A stretch of DNA of 62,196 nt, filler included, from Deltaproteobacteria bacterium (GTDB taxonomy: Bacteria > JAEEML01), in NCBI GenBank assembly GCA_016283195.1. It is 7 parts of 7 records of this genome, joined end to end, with 100 filler letters (N's around TTAATTAATTAA, not from the genome) between each part and the next. Parts side by side here need not be neighbours in the genome. Positions count along the whole stretch, not along the records: positions 1 to 11,271 come from JAEEML010000081.1; 6 more parts are not named here. One strand, given 5' to 3'. A program made the translations under genes and the position numbers. Below, one piece after another: positions 1 through 10,253 of the stretch. The notes below the pieces were generated by a model. That model ran no database searches and was not told the DNA's origin. It was given only the letters and a program-made list of their open reading frames with translations. Within the stretch, counting starts at the first letter, position 1, and each line of letters starts with the position of its first letter.

Positions 1-1261
1 TATCGCGCAGCACCTGACCCAGCGAATAAAGCATACCGGAACTCATGGCCGTGTGGAAAAGATCATAGGTGGTGGGCAAATCGGGGTCCTGAGGACGCAC
101 TAACGCCTCGTAACCATATATATTGCCCTCTTTGGCGACAACAATCGGTTGATAAAGCATGGTAAAAGAGCGCTCCTTAATTGAACGCTCAAGGGCTTGT
201 AACTTTTTAAGATATTGATTTTTATCGCGAATATCATGGCTTCCCATAAGCAGCGATTTTTCAAAGGGGATAATCTGGTTTTTACCGTTGCTTTGCGCCA
301 CACCGAGAGCATGCTCGGCCGTCTCTTGCAACTGGGCCATGGTTTTGGCATCGGCCGGAAAGATACTGATTCCCATACTGAGTGTGGGGCTTAAATCCGG
401 CCACTGCTCTTTGGCGGCACTGTTAAACCAACCTTTAATGGTATCGGCCATATAAAGAGCTTTTAGCTTGTTCGTTTCGGGCAATAAAATAGCAAAATCA
501 TCACCGGAAGTACGGGAAGCAACCACTGAGGGGTTAGTGGCTTTATCCAAAAGCTCGGTGCTGGAAAGGCCGCTCGCAATAAGGCGCAAAAGCTCGTTGC
601 CGGCCGGATGGCCTTTTAAGGTGTTAAATTGCTTAAAATTATCCACATCAAGCAAAATAAGGGCCAGTTCGCTGCCGTTTTGCCCAGAGCGCGTCACCTC
701 TTCGCCAAGGCGCTTAATAAAGTAATCATGGTTATTAAGACCGGTTAAAATATCTTTGGTAGCCAGAGCCTCAAGCTGGCGATTTTTATCCAAAAGCTGA
801 GCGGTTAGCTGTTTTAAGCGCTCATTCTTCTGCTGCAAATCGGCCATTAAAAGGCGCTCTCTACGCCTTAAAGTAAGGTTTTCGCAAATGCGGCGCAGGC
901 GTTCGATAAGGGCGGCGGCATTGTCATAAGGCTTTAAAATATAGTCGGAAACATTAAGGCGCAAAGCTTCGATAAGCGATGATATAGTAGCATCGCTGGT
1001 GGTCATTACAATGCTACAATCATGCTCGGCGGCCAATACCCATTGCACAAAGGAGAGGCCGCTGCCGTCACTTAAAGTAATATCGGCAAAGAGTAAATCG
1101 CAAGGCGACTCCGACCAACGAGCAATAGCTTGAGCAATCGTGGAGCAACTGGCCACCTGAAAACCGATATTTTTTAACAAGTTTGTAATAACGGTGGTGG
1201 AAGTTTGCGATGAATCGACTACTAGAGCTTTTAAGCCTTCACCAAAACGTTCCTCTGTCAT
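1..1261 (-). CDS. Response regulator with REC-GGDEF-EAL domains (c-di-GMP enzyme), 3'-truncated at window edge
   Basis: Not in the ORF track; translated by hand from ATG at 1261 (GAGG upstream): MTEERFGEGLKALVVDSSQ...DLLFADITL...YILKPY (REC); KDILTGLNNH...LILLDVDNFKQFN...GHPAGNELL...SRTSGDDFAILLP (GGDEF fold, SGDDF signature); MLYQPIV...GYEALVRP (EAL). Confidence 0.9.
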   Translation of the reverse strand, partial: MTEERFGEGLKALVVDSSQTSTTVITNLLKNIGFQVASCSTIAQAIARWSESPCDLLFADITLSDGSGLSFVQWVLAAEHDCSIVMTTSDATISSLIEALRLNVSDYILKPYDNAAALIERLRRICENLTLRRRERLLMADLQQKNERLKQLTAQLLDKNRQLEALATKDILTGLNNHDYFIKRLGEEVTRSGQNGSELALILLDVDNFKQFNTLKGHPAGNELLRLIASGLSSTELLDKATNPSVVASRTSGDDFAILLPETNKLKALYMADTIKGWFNSAAKEQWPDLSPTLSMGISIFPADAKTMAQLQETAEHALGVAQSNGKNQIIPFEKSLLMGSHDIRDKNQYLKKLQALERSIKERSFTMLYQPIVVAKEGNIYGYEALVRPQDPDLPTTYDLFHTAMSSGMLYSLGQVLRD

Positions 1262-1271
1262 AGCTGCCTCA

Positions 1272-2441
1272 TTACTTATTAATTTGCCACAAATACATTT
1301 GGCGCGGAGTGCTCAAATAGTGGCCAAGTTGCTTCAAATATTCCGGAGAAAAAGACATTTGCATCTGAGCATCACTAAGACTCATAAAGCTAAAGGGCCG
1401 CTTATAAGTAACAATAAGCGCTTCACTTAGACCAAGCTCGCGCAAAAGGTCAGCTTTTACTTCATCGAGATAGGCTATTTCATCAATAAGCCCAACTTCT
1501 TTAGCCTGAGCCGCGGTTAAAATACGTCCGTCGGCAAACTTTTTCACCTCTTCGACCTTAAGATGACGCCCATCGGCCACCAGTTTAACAAAGCGCTCAT
1601 AGCTATCCATAACAAATTGTTGCAAAATGGCCTTTTCTTCCGGGGTCATTTCGCGGCTGGGGGAAAGAATATCCTTCATGGCGCCGGATTTTATGGAAAG
1701 AGCTTTAACACCCACTTTGTCCAAAAGCTGCTCCACATTATAAGTGTGCATAATAACACCGATACTGCCGGTGGTAGTTGTGGGATAGGCATATATTTTA
1801 CTGGCGTGCACAGACATATATACGCCGCCAGAAGCACAAAGGTCACCCATTAAAATATAGAGCGGTTTTTCGCGCACAAATTTGGTTACCGCATGGTGAA
1901 TTTTATCGGAGGCCGTCACTTCGCCGCCCGGGGAATTTACTTCTAAAATAGCGCCTTTTATATTTTTATCTTTTAGAGCTTGTTCCAGCATTTCCGCTAC
2001 TTGGCGGTCGCGGATGGAGGAGCCGTACTCTTGCGCGGAAGAAGAGATAACGCCCTCTAACGGCAGGTAGAGTATTTTGTCTTTGCCGCTGCCTTCGATG
2101 GTTTTTTCCATATATGTAGGACCTGCCGAGCCGGAAAGCGAATTACCGCCGGCCACAGCTAGAGCCAGAATGAAATTTAGTCCCAGGGAACCTAAGAGCC
2201 CTAAAACCGCCACAATAAGAATAATCCAGAGCCAGGTATTGCTGCTTTTCTTGGCCGGCGCCTTGGTGGGCGCTTTGGGCGGCAGCTTATTTTTTGGCTC
2301 CTGGGGCGCTGAAGCCGGAGCCGAGACTTTTGGCGGCTCTTTTAGCTGCGCTGCAGGCTGAGGCTGCGAAACAGGAGCTACGGTGGCGGCCTCTTCAGCC
2401 GGCACGCCGTTATCAGGAGGGGAAATCTGGTTGTCACTCAT
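1272..2441 (-). CDS. sppA: Signal peptide peptidase SppA (S49)
   Basis: TM anchor, VNSPGGEV, CASGGVY, TTGSIGVI, KSGAMKD, DGRILTA motifs. Confidence 0.93.
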   Translation of the reverse strand: MSDNQISPPDNGVPAEEAATVAPVSQPQPAAQLKEPPKVSAPASAPQEPKNKLPPKAPTKAPAKKSSNTWLWIILIVAVLGLLGSLGLNFILALAVAGGNSLSGSAGPTYMEKTIEGSGKDKILYLPLEGVISSSAQEYGSSIRDRQVAEMLEQALKDKNIKGAILEVNSPGGEVTASDKIHHAVTKFVREKPLYILMGDLCASGGVYMSVHASKIYAYPTTTTGSIGVIMHTYNVEQLLDKVGVKALSIKSGAMKDILSPSREMTPEEKAILQQFVMDSYERFVKLVADGRHLKVEEVKKFADGRILTAAQAKEVGLIDEIAYLDEVKADLLRELGLSEALIVTYKRPFSFMSLSDAQMQMSFSPEYLKQLGHYLSTPRQMYLWQINK

Positions 2442-2444
2442 AAG

Positions 2445-2930
2445 TTATACCTCAATATTGCGCACTTTTAAGAGCGTGCGCGAACGGTTAATCCATTGAT
2501 GATAAACAGCTCTGTTTTGGCCGGTGACAATAGCCATTTTAAGGTCTTCTATGCCACTCTCTTCCTGGCCGGAAGCCAATTTACACTCCCCGCGGTAAGT
2601 GTAGCTGATGGCATCGTTGATATTGGTGGAAAGAGCCATATCAAAAGCTGTTATAGCCTCGGGATATTTTTTGAGTGCCTGGCTGGCTGCACCGGCCGCT
2701 CGCCAGTATTTGCTGACAAAGGGTTTATAAACAGTCAGCATGGAAAAAATGTGCAAAGCCGGCTGATACTTGCCGTAATTATAGAGATAATTACCCAGCA
2801 TAAAAACAACTTGTATTTCGGAATCATTAAGCTCCATGAGCTCGGCTAAAGTAATATCACCGCGTAAAAAACTGTTGGCCAGGTGCTCCACCAAGCGGCC
2901 AAATGTCTCCATTACACTATCTTTTCCCAT
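2445..2930 (-). CDS. TPR protein resembling CesD/SycD/LcrH type III secretion chaperones
   Basis: 161 aa; TLAELMEL followed by three TPR-like helical pairs (GNYLYNYGKYQPALHIFSMLTVYKP...YWRAAGAASQALKKYPEAITAF...YTYRGECKLASG). Confidence 0.65.
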   Translation of the reverse strand: MGKDSVMETFGRLVEHLANSFLRGDITLAELMELNDSEIQVVFMLGNYLYNYGKYQPALHIFSMLTVYKPFVSKYWRAAGAASQALKKYPEAITAFDMALSTNINDAISYTYRGECKLASGQEESGIEDLKMAIVTGQNRAVYHQWINRSRTLLKVRNIEV

Positions 2931-3261
2931 AGTTTCCCTTTCTTTTCAGCCCTTCCGCAAGAAAGAGCCATAAGTTTGACCTCACCGGCGAGACCTTAAA
3001 CTGCTAGTACTCTAGGAAAATCATTGGAGATAGCAAGAGAAAAATGCGCCATAAAACATATAACCACGCTTTTGTCGTCTTTAAATACTCGTCCGAAATA
3101 AGGCCAACACTTAAAATTCCAACTATTCAATATCTTAAAAAAATATTTCCATCTTTTTAGTTGACTCAAAAAAAAAAATAAAATAGACCACTTAATGTTA
3201 GATTGTGTCAAAATATCTAACATAAGCGTGCTAAAACCTTAAACAGGCTGAGGAGGACAGA

Positions 3262-3774
3262 ATGAGGCAGGCAGCTTTACTAATGGGTGTCTTACTCTTA
3301 CCGCTTTTGGTAAGTGGTTGTTCCAACAAACAGGAGCAGAATGTTCCACGCACCAGAGGAATTGGCGAGGAATGTGACGACACCAGTAACCTCTGTGTGG
3401 ACGGGCTATATTGCGACAACGGCAAATGCCGCGAAATGTGCGACGAAAATGCCCCCTGTGGCAAAGGCGAAAAATGCATTGATAATCGCTGTTTACCTTG
3501 GAGAAACAACGAACCTGGCGACAATACCGATGGGCCTGGTGACAATACCGATGGGCCTGGTGATAATACTGATGGACCAGGCGACAACACCGATGAGCCG
3601 GGTTTTACCGGCAAAATAGTTATGCCTCAAGGTGGCACGCTCACCAATGTGGCCGGCAGGGCCAAAACCAGCGATGGCAAGTATGAAGTCCATATTTTGG
3701 GCGGCGGTATGTCCGGTGGCTCAAAAGGCAGTAATGACAGTCAAATTCAAGTCAACGAAGGCTCTTGGAAATAG
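3262..3774 (+). CDS. Cys-rich lipoprotein with PGDNTDG repeats
   Basis: RBS GAGGAGG, lipobox VSGC, two small Cys-rich modules, low-complexity linker. Confidence 0.8.
   Translation: MRQAALLMGVLLLPLLVSGCSNKQEQNVPRTRGIGEECDDTSNLCVDGLYCDNGKCREMCDENAPCGKGEKCIDNRCLPWRNNEPGDNTDGPGDNTDGPGDNTDGPGDNTDEPGFTGKIVMPQGGTLTNVAGRAKTSDGKYEVHILGGGMSGGSKGSNDSQIQVNEGSWK
3514..3600 (+). repeat. In-frame 21-bp tandem repeat (PGDNTDG x4)
   Basis: cctggcgacaataccgatggg-like unit repeated about 4 times with synonymous changes. Confidence 0.9.
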
Positions 3775-3793
3775 AGCTTAAAAGGAGAAAACT

Positions 3794-5242
3794 ATGAGAG
3801 TAGGCAAATTGTTAACCGGAATTACTTCCCTGGGGCTCTTGCTAGGCTCAAGCTCGGCTTTTGCTGCTGTGCCCATGAGCTTCACCCACCACGGTATCCT
3901 CTATGAGGATGGCCAGCCGGCAAGTGGCACCAAAGCCATTACCGCTACTATTTACAATGGCGCTGGTGACATTATTGCTCAAATAACCAAGCCTGTGGTT
4001 CTGGAAAACGGCTTTTACAACTTCACCATCGAAAATATTGACGAAGCCAAAGTTATTGCCGCCGAAGGCAGCATGGAACTTGGTATTCAAGTTGATACAG
4101 CCGATGAAATGACCCCAAGAATTGCCATCAGTTCCGTGCCTTTTGCCATTCAAGCCAGCTTTGCCGATGTAGCTGATGCTTTGCAATGTAATGATTGCAT
4201 CGATGAAAATCATCTAAGCGATGGTGCTGTTAATGTGAACAAACTCTCCTCCGACCTCCAAAGTAAATTAAACTCCTTCGCCACCAATGAAAGTGTAAGC
4301 GGCATTAAATATGCTCTTTCGGATTCTGCTGGTGGTTCTGCACTTAAAGCTGTAGCCGATGGTGAAGGCAAGAATATTGCCAGCACTTACGCCAAACAAA
4401 ATGGCAATTACAGTGGTATGACTGTTGGTAATGCTACCAGCGCCGCAAGCGCCACCAAGGCTACTCAAGACAGCGATGGCAATGTTATCAAAGATACTTA
4501 CGCCAAACAAAATGGCAATTATAGCAGCTTGTCGGTTGGTTATGCCACAAGCGCCGGTAGCGCAAGTAGCGCTGACCAAGCTACCAAAGATAGCGCCGGA
4601 AATACCATTTCCAGCACTTATGCTAAAACCAGCGGTACTTATGGCAACTTGTATGCCGGCAGAGCCACTAACGATGGTAGCGGCAACAATATTGCCAATA
4701 CTTATGTGAAAAAAACTAATATTAAATGTGAAGCCTATAAACAAGGTGCTATCGTACCTATTTATGAGGCCGTCGTAAAAATAAATTGTGGTGCATCTGA
4801 CCAAGTTTATTGCAATACTCCCAACTGGTGTACCTGTAGGGGCTTGAGTTTCGAGATAGCAAATGAAGTGCCGGGCGGGAGTATGAGTGCCGGTAATGTT
4901 AAGTTTGAGACACAATCCGTAACAGGCGGTGCCAAAGGCGGTATAATTGATCTTTCAATTAAAGAGAGTGTGCTCGGAACACCGCTTAATGTTAGAGCCG
5001 AATCATGGTGGCCGTTGCACCAAGGCTATAGTGTTCCAGCAGGCACTGCTGATGGTTATACCAAATATACCATTAGTTTCTATGCCATGGGGCAATCAGA
5101 TCCTACTACAGCATTGAATCCTTTACATTTCCCAAGTCCCCTTGTTACTAGTTCTACAACGTATAGTAACCAAATGGCACCAGGTAAACCAGGTGCCTTT
5201 TTCTCCGTTATTGTCTATGGTATTCCGGCCGGCTGTCAATGA
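3794..5242 (+). CDS. Secreted fibre/adhesin-like protein with phage-tail-fibre-like stalk repeats (paralog of 20498..22780)
   Basis: Signal peptide; N-domain VPMSFTHHGIL...PRIAISSVPFAIQA; four AT/AVxDxxGNxIxxTYAK repeats; C-terminal head ending VIVYGIP. Confidence 0.7.
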   Translation: MRVGKLLTGITSLGLLLGSSSAFAAVPMSFTHHGILYEDGQPASGTKAITATIYNGAGDIIAQITKPVVLENGFYNFTIENIDEAKVIAAEGSMELGIQVDTADEMTPRIAISSVPFAIQASFADVADALQCNDCIDENHLSDGAVNVNKLSSDLQSKLNSFATNESVSGIKYALSDSAGGSALKAVADGEGKNIASTYAKQNGNYSGMTVGNATSAASATKATQDSDGNVIKDTYAKQNGNYSSLSVGYATSAGSASSADQATKDSAGNTISSTYAKTSGTYGNLYAGRATNDGSGNNIANTYVKKTNIKCEAYKQGAIVPIYEAVVKINCGASDQVYCNTPNWCTCRGLSFEIANEVPGGSMSAGNVKFETQSVTGGAKGGIIDLSIKESVLGTPLNVRAESWWPLHQGYSVPAGTADGYTKYTISFYAMGQSDPTTALNPLHFPSPLVTSSTTYSNQMAPGKPGAFFSVIVYGIPAGCQ

Positions 5243-5437
5243 ATCTAGTCTTTCTTTAAGCTCCTGCGCCCTTTTCTAATCTAAAAACTTTGCCCACCTT
5301 GTAGCCATATTCACTCACACAATAAGCTCTGTGATATTATTAAAAACCATCTTATATAGTTACAACCCTGCCCCGCTTGTGCTATCATTCCTCGCCGGGA
5401 ATGCGGAAGATTTCCCCAGAAAAAAGTTGGAACCAAA

Positions 5438-6547
5438 ATGAGTAATACCAAAATAACCGTCACCTCACCGCTTCTGCCGCCGCTCGAAGAATTCACTCCC
5501 TATTTGCAAAAAATTTGGGAAAGTAAATGGATAACCAATAACGGGCACTTTCATCGCGAGCTGGAAAAAGCTCTGGCCGAATATTTGGGCGTGCCTTATA
5601 TCAGCCTTTTTACCAATGGCACTCTGCCGCTGATAACAGCTCTACAAGCTCTCAATATTAAAGGAGAAGTCATCACAACTCCCTATAGTTTTGTGGCCAC
5701 GACTCACGCTATTTGGTGGAATGGCCTAACTCCGGTATTTGTCGATGTGGATCAAAAAAGCGGCAACATGGATCCGGCTAAAATAGAGGCCGCCATCAGC
5801 GAAAGAACCACTGCTATCATGCCGGTGCATGTCTATGGCCGTCCCTGTGATACCGCAGCTATTGACGCTATTGCCAAGAAGCGTGGTCTAAAAGTCATCT
5901 ATGATGCCGCTCACGCCTTTGGGGTAACACTTAATGGCCGGAGCTTGCTTTTAGAGGGCGATATCAGCACTTTAAGTTTTCACGCCACCAAAACATACAA
6001 TACCATCGAGGGCGGCGCCCTTGTCTGCCACGATGAAAAGATGAAAAAACAAATAGATTATCTCAAAAATTTCGGTTTTGCCGATGAGGTGACGGTGGTT
6101 GGCCCCGGTATCAATTCCAAAATGGACGAGGTGCGGGCGGCTTACGGGTTGCTCTCTTTAAAATATATTGATGAAGCCATTAAAAAACGCCAAAAAATCG
6201 CTTATCGCTACCGCGCTGAACTCGCCGGTATTAAGGGCCTTAGCTACTTTGAAGACCTGCCGGGCGTAAGGCATAATTATTCGTATTTTCCTATATTTAT
6301 TGATGAACCAGCCTATGGTCTCTCGCGCGACGAGCTCTATAACAAGCTAAAAGAAAAGAATATTTTCGGCCGCCGCTATTTTTACCCTTTAATTTCCAAA
6401 TTCGACCCATATTCTGCCTTGCCTTCGGCCGCGCCGGCCAATTTGCCGGTAGCCGAAAAGCTGGCCGCCGAGGTGCTCTGCCTGCCCATCCATCACGAGC
6501 TCACAGAAAGCGATCAAGAGAGAATTATTGCTCTTATTCGGGGGTAA
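5438..6547 (+). CDS. DegT/DnrJ/EryC1/StrS PLP-dependent sugar aminotransferase (VioA-like)
   Basis: TPYSFVATTHA, PVHVYG, IYDAAHAFG, SFHATKTYNTIEGG. Confidence 0.93.
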   Translation: MSNTKITVTSPLLPPLEEFTPYLQKIWESKWITNNGHFHRELEKALAEYLGVPYISLFTNGTLPLITALQALNIKGEVITTPYSFVATTHAIWWNGLTPVFVDVDQKSGNMDPAKIEAAISERTTAIMPVHVYGRPCDTAAIDAIAKKRGLKVIYDAAHAFGVTLNGRSLLLEGDISTLSFHATKTYNTIEGGALVCHDEKMKKQIDYLKNFGFADEVTVVGPGINSKMDEVRAAYGLLSLKYIDEAIKKRQKIAYRYRAELAGIKGLSYFEDLPGVRHNYSYFPIFIDEPAYGLSRDELYNKLKEKNIFGRRYFYPLISKFDPYSALPSAAPANLPVAEKLAAEVLCLPIHHELTESDQERIIALIRG

Positions 6548-6551
6548 TCAG

Positions 6552-7769
6552 GTGAAAAGGCTCTTATTTCTCTCTTGGTTTTTTCCACCGCAAGCAACCA
6601 TCGGAGCCGTAAGAACCGGCAACATGGCGAAGGAGCTTTTAGCGCAGGGGTGGGAAATAACGGTCCTTACTTTAAACCCGGAGCATCTGATAAAAAAGAG
6701 CCCTGTAGCACCGCTCCGGCATGAGCATTTAAAATATAATTTTATAGAAACGCCCAACGACCCAAGTCAGCAAAATTTTTTAGAAATTAATGCTTTTTTG
6801 CAAAAACACGGCGGCTTTACCGCTCTTATGCGTAAAGCTCTTTACTCCTTTGGCCTCCATGAAAGCGGCATTTTTTTGGCTATTTTAAAAGCGGCGGCTA
6901 CTTATCAAAAGGGCGATTTTGACCTTATTTTGGCCTCCGGCTCGCCATTTTGCCAATTCTGGGCCGCCCAGATCCTTAGCCAAAAAATCGCCTGCCCTTA
7001 TGTTCTCGATTACCGCGACCCCTGGAGCCAAAATATTCTTTTACCGCCGGCTGTCCGTCTCTTCCGCCCGCTGGAAAAGGCCCTGCGCCGTAAGAGCGCC
7101 TTAACTTTATGTGTCTCGCCCGGTGAAAAAGCGCTCCTTAGCGCTTTGGGCGGCCGCACGGAAGTACTAAGTAACGGCTACGAAAAAATTCCGGAATTTA
7201 AAGACTTATCTTCCCATAAAAGCGCCGATATTGTCTATACCGGCCGCCTCTATTTGCCGGATAGAGATGTTTTGCCGCTGCTCATGGCCCTGAAAAAGGT
7301 CAAAGAAGCGCAAAAAGCGGCGCCGACTTTTGCTTATTACGGCCCGGATAGCCGCTATGTAGCGGAAAAAGCCGCCAAACTTGCTATCAGCGATTTGGTC
7401 TTTTGCTCTCCGCCGGTGCCGCGTATTGAGGCCATAAAAGCGCAAAAAGCCGCTGCTATGGTCCTGGTAGTTACCGGCATCAGCCCGGCCGGCTCGCCAT
7501 ATACCGATGCTATTGTAACCGGCAAAATTTTTGAACCTATAGCCCTGAAAAAGCCCATTTTGCTCATTGCGCCCAAAAGCAACGATGCTGTGAAAATTCT
7601 TAAAGAAATCGGCGGCGGCGTCCACTTTGACGGCAGCCAGATAGATGAAATGGCCGCTTTTTTGACCGCCGGTAACTTTAGCGCTCATTATAACAAAAAG
7701 CGCCTTAATTACAGCTGGCCGCACTTGGGCCGGCGCCTGAACTCTCTTTTAACGGGCGCCCTTTCATGA
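6552..7769 (+). CDS. Glycosyltransferase (GT4-like)
   Basis: FFPP..GAVR, DYRDPW, NGYE, YTGRLY, GKIFE; GTG start just after the aminotransferase stop. Confidence 0.85.
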   Translation: MKRLLFLSWFFPPQATIGAVRTGNMAKELLAQGWEITVLTLNPEHLIKKSPVAPLRHEHLKYNFIETPNDPSQQNFLEINAFLQKHGGFTALMRKALYSFGLHESGIFLAILKAAATYQKGDFDLILASGSPFCQFWAAQILSQKIACPYVLDYRDPWSQNILLPPAVRLFRPLEKALRRKSALTLCVSPGEKALLSALGGRTEVLSNGYEKIPEFKDLSSHKSADIVYTGRLYLPDRDVLPLLMALKKVKEAQKAAPTFAYYGPDSRYVAEKAAKLAISDLVFCSPPVPRIEAIKAQKAAAMVLVVTGISPAGSPYTDAIVTGKIFEPIALKKPILLIAPKSNDAVKILKEIGGGVHFDGSQIDEMAAFLTAGNFSAHYNKKRLNYSWPHLGRRLNSLLTGALS

Positions 7770-9208
7770 ATCTCCGCGCGGCCGGTTTAAAAGGGCTTTT
7801 TTGGCAGGCTCTGGGGCGCTACTCCGGCACAGCCGTTATTTTTGTAACAGGCATTATACTGGCCCGCCTGCTTGAGCCCAAAGATTACGGCCTTATCGGC
7901 ATGTTAAATATCTTTTTAGCTATCAGCAATTCCTTTATTGACAGCGGTTTTAACGCGGCGCTCATTCAAAAAAAAGAGGCGACGGAAGAAGATTTTTCCA
8001 CTGTATTTTTCTTTAATTTGACTATTGCCGTACTCCTTTACCTCCTGCTCTATTTTTTGGCTCCTTTCATCGCCGCTTTTTACCGGGCACCGCTTTTGAC
8101 CGAAATAACACGCGTTGTGGCTTTTTCCTTAATTATTAATGGCTTATACATTGTTCAGCGCACTGTTTTAACCAAAAAAGTAGATTTTAAAACCCAGACC
8201 AAAATCACTATCCCGGCAGTAGTTTTTGCCGGCCTTACCGCTATTATCCTGGCTTATCTGGGCTTTGGCCCCTGGGCACTTGTAGCCAATATTTTGCTCT
8301 CCGCTCTCTATACTTGCCTGGCTATGTGGCACTATTGCCGCTGGGAACCCCAATTATGCTTTAACAAAAAATCTTTCAGTGAACTCTTCCATTTTGGCGG
8401 CAAAGTTTTAGCCAGTGGACTTTTAACCAATATTTACAACAACTTACATTCATTAATAATCGGCAGAGTCTTTAGCCCGACCGAGCTTGGGCACTTTACC
8501 AAAGCCAACTCCTTTGCCACCTTGCCATCGTATAATTTATCGGTGGCCATAAGTAGCGTAACATTGCCTATTTACAGCAAATTACAAGATGACGATGCGG
8601 CTCTTAAAGCCGAAGCCCTGCACTATCTCTCTTACAGCACCTTTTTCATCTTCCCCATGATGCTGGGCCTCGCCGCTGTGGCCAAGCCGCTCATTATATT
8701 GCTTTTAACCCAAAAATGGCTACCGGCCGCCAAGCTGCTCACTATTTTGGCTTTCGGCTATATGTGGCACCATATCCAAACAATAGACCAAAATGTCATG
8801 CTGGCCAAGGGGCGCTCGGATGCCACCTTCATCATGGAGCTCATTAGGCGCGGAATAGGCATTATTTTGCTCTTTGCCGCTCTCCCCTTTGGCATCCCGG
8901 CTATGTGCTGTTCCTTTGCCGTTTCTTACTTTGCCGCCTTTATCCTGGGCCTTATCTTTGCCCAAAAAACAGTAAACTTTTCTATAAAAGAGCGGCTTAG
9001 GGTTATCGGGCCGATTTTTTTAAATGCCTTCATCATGTTTTTGGCAGTAAGCGGAGTCGAAATGCTCATAAATTCAAATATTTTAAAACTAATTGCCGGC
9101 ATAGTAAGCGGTATTATTATTTATAGCGCTCTCTCTTTTATTTTAACACCTAAGCTAGCCCACAGCACTTGGGCTTTTCTCACTAAAAAGAGGCCAAAAA
9201 ATGGTTAA
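7766..9208 (+). CDS. wzx: Polysaccharide flippase (Wzx/WzxC-like)
   Basis: ILARLLEPKDYGLIGM...DSGFNAALIQKK; many TM helices. Confidence 0.88.
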   Translation: MNLRAAGLKGLFWQALGRYSGTAVIFVTGIILARLLEPKDYGLIGMLNIFLAISNSFIDSGFNAALIQKKEATEEDFSTVFFFNLTIAVLLYLLLYFLAPFIAAFYRAPLLTEITRVVAFSLIINGLYIVQRTVLTKKVDFKTQTKITIPAVVFAGLTAIILAYLGFGPWALVANILLSALYTCLAMWHYCRWEPQLCFNKKSFSELFHFGGKVLASGLLTNIYNNLHSLIIGRVFSPTELGHFTKANSFATLPSYNLSVAISSVTLPIYSKLQDDDAALKAEALHYLSYSTFFIFPMMLGLAAVAKPLIILLLTQKWLPAAKLLTILAFGYMWHHIQTIDQNVMLAKGRSDATFIMELIRRGIGIILLFAALPFGIPAMCCSFAVSYFAAFILGLIFAQKTVNFSIKERLRVIGPIFLNAFIMFLAVSGVEMLINSNILKLIAGIVSGIIIYSALSFILTPKLAHSTWAFLTKKRPKNG

Positions 9209-10250
9209 AATCGTAACTGTCATCGGCGCCCGCCCGCAATTCATCAAAGCGGCGGTACTTTCCCGGCTCATGCACCTTGAGCCTTATTCCGCTGATTTTA
9301 AAGAGTTTATCATCCACACCGGCCAACATTATGATCAAAATATGTCAGCCGTTTTTTTTGAGGAAATGGCCATCCCGGCACCACAGATAAACCTGGGCAT
9401 CGGCGGCAAAAGTCACGGCGCCATGACCGGTGAAATGCTCATCGCCATAGAAAAAATACTTATGGATATTAAGCCCGACCTCGTTCTGGTTTACGGCGAT
9501 ACCGATTCCACCTTAGCCGGCGCCCTGGCTGCCGGTAAATTGCTCATTCCCATAGCTCATGTGGAAGCCGGGCTTAGAAGCCATGTCATGGCCATGCCGG
9601 AGGAGCAAAACCGCATTCTTACCGACCACTTAGCCTCTTGGCTTTTGGCCCCAACCGCTACCGCCGCCGAAAACTTGGCTAAAGAGAATGTGCACGGCCG
9701 GATTCACATAACGGGCGATATTATGTACGATGCTCATCTTTTTTACCGCCCAAGAGCCCAAATGCCGCCCTGTGCCCGGGAAGAACCTTATTTTCTGGCA
9801 ACGGTCCACCGGGCAGAAAATACTGATAATAAAGCAAATTTAGAAAATATTTTTGCCGGCCTTAGCCAGATTAAAGAGCGCGTTATTTTGCCACTCCACC
9901 CAAGAACGCGCCAAAAGTGCCAAACTTTCGGCCTTAATATACCGCCGAATATCAAAGTGCTGGAGCCGGTGGGCTATTTGGAGATGCTCGGCCTGGAATT
10001 AAATGCAAAGGCCATTATTACCGATTCCGGCGGCGTGCAAAAAGAAGCTTATTTTTGCCAAAAGCCTTGCATAACTTTGCGAAGCGAAACCGAATGGGTG
10101 GAAACAGTAACCAGCGGCTGGAATACTTTAGCCGCTACTAACGGCGAAGCCATTGCCGAGGCGGCAAAGAATCTTAAAATACCCCAAAATTATCCGCCGC
10201 TTTACGGCGATGGACACTGCGGGGAAAAAATATTGAAAATACTCGGTTGA
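9201..10250 (+). CDS. wecB: UDP-N-acetylglucosamine 2-epimerase (non-hydrolysing)
   Basis: GARPQFIK, HTGQHYD, VYGDTDST, HVEAGLRS, TDSGGVQKEA. Confidence 0.95.
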   Translation: MVKIVTVIGARPQFIKAAVLSRLMHLEPYSADFKEFIIHTGQHYDQNMSAVFFEEMAIPAPQINLGIGGKSHGAMTGEMLIAIEKILMDIKPDLVLVYGDTDSTLAGALAAGKLLIPIAHVEAGLRSHVMAMPEEQNRILTDHLASWLLAPTATAAENLAKENVHGRIHITGDIMYDAHLFYRPRAQMPPCAREEPYFLATVHRAENTDNKANLENIFAGLSQIKERVILPLHPRTRQKCQTFGLNIPPNIKVLEPVGYLEMLGLELNAKAIITDSGGVQKEAYFCQKPCITLRSETEWVETVTSGWNTLAATNGEAIAEAAKNLKIPQNYPPLYGDGHCGEKILKILG

Positions 10251-10253
10251 CTT

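Noticed and set aside
4700-5242. Diversity-generating retroelement target in the fibre heads
   Set aside because: No reverse transcriptase and no template/variable repeat pair differing at adenines was seen in the window.
3794-5242. Prophage, suggested by tail-fibre-like repeats
   Set aside because: The protein has a signal peptide, and no capsid, terminase or integrase genes are nearby.
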